From an uncultured Clostridia bacterium (GTDB taxonomy: Bacteria; Bacillota; Clostridia; Christensenellales; UBA1242), in NCBI GenBank assembly GCA_947366545.1, contig CANBAL010000005.1, positions 16,621 through 80,620 of the forward strand: a DNA stretch of 64,000 bases, read 5' to 3'. Below are positions 60,926 to 64,000 of this stretch, one piece after another (position 1 is the stretch's first letter; the number at the start of each line of letters is the position of its first letter). The position numbers were made by a program, and so were the translations under genes. The notes under the pieces are model-generated. The model saw only the letters and a program-made list of their open reading frames with translations. It made no database searches and was not told where the DNA came from.

Positions 60926-62797
60926 ATGTACAAGAAAATAATTGGATTAATTGTAACCTTGTTAATAACCCCACTCATGCTAATTGGTTGCGGGGGGGGG
61001 AGTGAACCCCAGCCGCATGAATTATTTTCAGTAACGGCAAGCTGCGATGAATCGCAGGTAAAACTTGAAATAACAAATAAGGCCTCTAACCTTTATAAGG
61101 AAGGCGAGCAACTTCAAGTAGTTATGCTCAAGCCATACGAATATTATAAAGGCGAAAAAGATAGAGGAATAAACGAAAAGAACGATAAAGTAGACAGCGG
61201 CAATGTTGTCGGTGTTTATACTGTTGGCACAGCAAAAACTATCACTATAGATAGATACGATAATAACAATTACGATAATTTATATAATAAATTCATCTTG
61301 GCAAAGGATGAAGATTTTGTCGTGGGACCATATTTTGTTAATAATATCAAGTCTCAGCGTTCTTTCACGCAAAAAATTGTGGTCACTACAAAAAAAGGAA
61401 TACTTGCTCAAGGGAATGAGAGTCTTCTTGATCTTGGTGTGGGCTGGACAGAGTATAACATAAATCCAAACACTATGGTCTATCCAAATGAACAGGTGAA
61501 CGAACAAGGAGAGATAATTCCAGTCGATAACAGCGCACACCTGTCAAATAGCATAGAATTTGTATCCAACGGCAAGACATACTATTTTAAAAAGAATGTT
61601 ATCGAGAGTATGGATAGAGATCTTATATTCTGTAAGGAAAATAATATAAAAGCCCTTTATATAATTTGGAACATAAAAAACTTTAATCAATTAGACGCCC
61701 CTTATTTCATGTCATATCCGTCTGCAAGGGATTATGCAAAGGCAAATATTTGGGCTATTGACACCTCTACTGAACTTGGTGCGGGCTATTTCACAGCGGT
61801 TATGGAGTTTATGGCTGAAAGATATTCACGCGAGGATGGTGAGTTCGGCTATGTACATAGATTTGTTATAGAAAATGAGGTTGACTACAGCTGGCAGTGG
61901 AATCCTATTTTAAACTATGATAAAGAGGCTGCACTTTCCCTTGAGAACTATGTTGAAGAATATGCGCGTACTATGCGTCTGGCGGAGCAAGCAACAAAAA
62001 AATATTACGCTGATAGCATGGTGCTTGGCTCCTCAACACACTCATGGACAAGTGGAAGAGGTGGCGGAAATGGTGGTTATGCACCAGTTGATATTTACAA
62101 TTATTTAAATAAAAAGACAAAAATGCAAGGCGACTACAACTGGGGCTTTGCGGGTCATCCTTATCCACAGGATTTAAGTTGTTCCAACTTTCTCGAAGAA
62201 GAGGCTGGTAAAAGATTCATAAATGGTGATTTTAATGAAACCTCTTTGATTACTTGGACAAACCTAGAAGTATTTGAAGAATATATCAAACAAGACAGTA
62301 TGAAGTTTAATGGGCAGATGAGAAGGCTTTACCTTACAGAAGGTGGAGTGTCCAGTGGGTCGTATAACGCACCTAATTATAAGCGTAATGAACTTAATCA
62401 GGCCGCAGGCATTGCATACGCTTACTACAAATCAATGTCAATGGACTGTATAGATGCTTTTATCTACTACAAGTTGGTGGATTCTGAAGGTGACGGCGGC
62501 GGAGCAACCTTTGGCGTATATACAGATAACATGACCGTTAAACCTTCATATGAAGTGTTTAAATACCTTGACACACAATATAGTTTTGTGGTCGCAAACA
62601 AATATCTTTCTAATATTAAATATAAACTTAACGGCATCGTTTATAGCACGGGTAGGGGGAATATTTCTTCTTATCGCGACACTATGAAGATTGTTGATAG
62701 TGATTTTGATTGGGAGGTGCAGTGGAGCGAAGATAAGATTATTTCAAGGCAAATTGATATAGTCCCTGAACTTGAAGATTTGCTAAACAAAAGCTAA
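60926..62797 (+). CDS. Lipoprotein with a clan GH-A-like glycoside hydrolase domain (DUF5722-like)
   Basis: Lipobox LIGC; IENEVD (acid/base), GHPYP, LTEGG (nucleophile), QAAGIAYAYYK, IDAFIY. Confidence 0.75.
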   Translation: MYKKIIGLIVTLLITPLMLIGCGGGSEPQPHELFSVTASCDESQVKLEITNKASNLYKEGEQLQVVMLKPYEYYKGEKDRGINEKNDKVDSGNVVGVYTVGTAKTITIDRYDNNNYDNLYNKFILAKDEDFVVGPYFVNNIKSQRSFTQKIVVTTKKGILAQGNESLLDLGVGWTEYNINPNTMVYPNEQVNEQGEIIPVDNSAHLSNSIEFVSNGKTYYFKKNVIESMDRDLIFCKENNIKALYIIWNIKNFNQLDAPYFMSYPSARDYAKANIWAIDTSTELGAGYFTAVMEFMAERYSREDGEFGYVHRFVIENEVDYSWQWNPILNYDKEAALSLENYVEEYARTMRLAEQATKKYYADSMVLGSSTHSWTSGRGGGNGGYAPVDIYNYLNKKTKMQGDYNWGFAGHPYPQDLSCSNFLEEEAGKRFINGDFNETSLITWTNLEVFEEYIKQDSMKFNGQMRRLYLTEGGVSSGSYNAPNYKRNELNQAAGIAYAYYKSMSMDCIDAFIYYKLVDSEGDGGGATFGVYTDNMTVKPSYEVFKYLDTQYSFVVANKYLSNIKYKLNGIVYSTGRGNISSYRDTMKIVDSDFDWEVQWSEDKIISRQIDIVPELEDLLNKS

Positions 62798-62817
62798 AAC
62801 AAAAAAAGGAGAATAAA

Positions 62818-64000
62818 ATGACAAAAAGTAAAAATATTTTAGGTACAGTCAGTGCGGTAGTAGTTGGATTACTTATGTGCATATGTTCTTTTGTAATGTT
62901 TGCCTGTGGTCCTAAAGATTACGGTGAGAATGCAATAGTAATATCAAACTATGAAGAATTAAAGACATTTTTAACTGACTTTTCAACAAAAGATTATCTT
63001 GACAGTGCTGTGTCAGATGACGGAAAGTTTGTAGTCATTTCAAATAATATAGACTGCAAAGGCGAAGTGCTCACACCACTTCTATCAGCAGATTTTAGAG
63101 GCCTTGGCTTCAGATTTGATGGTGATGGTCACACAATATCAAACTTTAAACTTGATAATACTTCACTAAGAAGTGTAGGAACTCAAGTGGGTTCTGGTAG
63201 TGGAAACCTTGTTACCCTTGCATTATTCCCTAGGGCAGAGGGTGGTGAACTTACTAATATAGAGTTTAGAGATTTTACATATGAACTCACTGATTATGAT
63301 ATTGGCGCAGCAGCTCCAAGTTTAAATGTAGGTCTCGTAGGATATTCAAAGTCTAGCGGACAAAAAGCGGACAATCCAGATGCCAAGACAACCACATATA
63401 AAAATATTAAAATCACAAATATGAATGTGAAAATCAAAACAGTAAGTGCTTACCAAGAGGCTGGTTATCCTTTCGTAGTAGGCTCATTAATTGGTCTTGA
63501 TGCAGATACAGTTGCAAAAGACCCTGCAATAAAGATTGAAGATACTGCAATCAGAGAGAACATAACAGTTAAAAACTTTAATGTTGATATTGATATGCAG
63601 GGTGGTGCAGTTCTAGTTGGCGGAATTGCCGGCCTTAACAACTGGGAAAATGCCACCTATAAAAACTCTACTGTAACAGGTACGGTCAAAGTAGTAAACC
63701 ATGGTACTAACACTGGTACATATGAAAGAAAGAATTTAGGTTCAATCATTTCAGCCGGCGGTGTAACAGGTGGAATTATTAAAAATAATGCTTGGACTAT
63801 TGTAAATGTAGAGAATGTAAAAACAGACATCAAATATACATTGTCCACTGCAAGCGGAGATAAGCATTCAAATGCTGGCAAATATCTAGGAATTGTATGT
63901 GCAAAGGAGCCTCCAGTTTCAGAAGTTAATATTTCTGAAAACTGCACTTCAACCTCCACTGTAAAAGTTGGCGAGGCTGAGGCTGTAGCCGTAGAAAACA
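62818..64000 (+). CDS. Lipoprotein with GLUG/beta-helix-like motifs, runs off the window end (absent from the ORF track)
   Basis: SD AAGGAG; MTKSKNILG...VMFACG lipobox; FDGDGHTISN, VGSLIG, VGGIAG motifs; no in-frame stop seen. Confidence 0.8.
   Translation, partial: MTKSKNILGTVSAVVVGLLMCICSFVMFACGPKDYGENAIVISNYEELKTFLTDFSTKDYLDSAVSDDGKFVVISNNIDCKGEVLTPLLSADFRGLGFRFDGDGHTISNFKLDNTSLRSVGTQVGSGSGNLVTLALFPRAEGGELTNIEFRDFTYELTDYDIGAAAPSLNVGLVGYSKSSGQKADNPDAKTTTYKNIKITNMNVKIKTVSAYQEAGYPFVVGSLIGLDADTVAKDPAIKIEDTAIRENITVKNFNVDIDMQGGAVLVGGIAGLNNWENATYKNSTVTGTVKVVNHGTNTGTYERKNLGSIISAGGVTGGIIKNNAWTIVNVENVKTDIKYTLSTASGDKHSNAGKYLGIVCAKEPPVSEVNISENCTSTSTVKVGEAEAVAVEN

Overview
AT-rich chromosomal window from what looks like a spore-forming Clostridia (Bacillota) genome. 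Most genes lie on the + strand. The core backbone is ileS (5'-truncated), pepF, comEC-holA, pcrA-ligA, rpsL-rpsG-fusA-tuf, sepF-lspA-rluA, rplU-prp-rpmA, ogg, floA-yqfC-yqfD-ybeY-era, ABC exporters and murB, interspersed with orphan genes and lipoproteins. The standout feature is an intact, tightly packed ~7.1 kb podovirus-like virion-assembly module (9807-16941). It encodes a TerS-like protein, a Cys-rich protein, portal, scaffold, major capsid, adaptor, a tail-nozzle-like protein and two holin-like proteins. It has host-type promoters and terminators but no large terminase, integrase, replication genes, tail fibre, endolysin or visible att sites, so it is a candidate domesticated phage-derived particle (GTA-like or other). 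Other notable items: a stand-alone XRE switch with three palindromic operators at exact 29-bp spacing, an HTH-degenerate SDR fusion regulator sharing an operator-like motif with a neighbouring operon, several structured intergenic elements (rpsL leader, rpsG-fusA spacer, a 23-bp direct-repeat-flanked element), two G9 tracts, and several apparently leaderless genes. All product calls come from motif recognition by eye; no database search was run.
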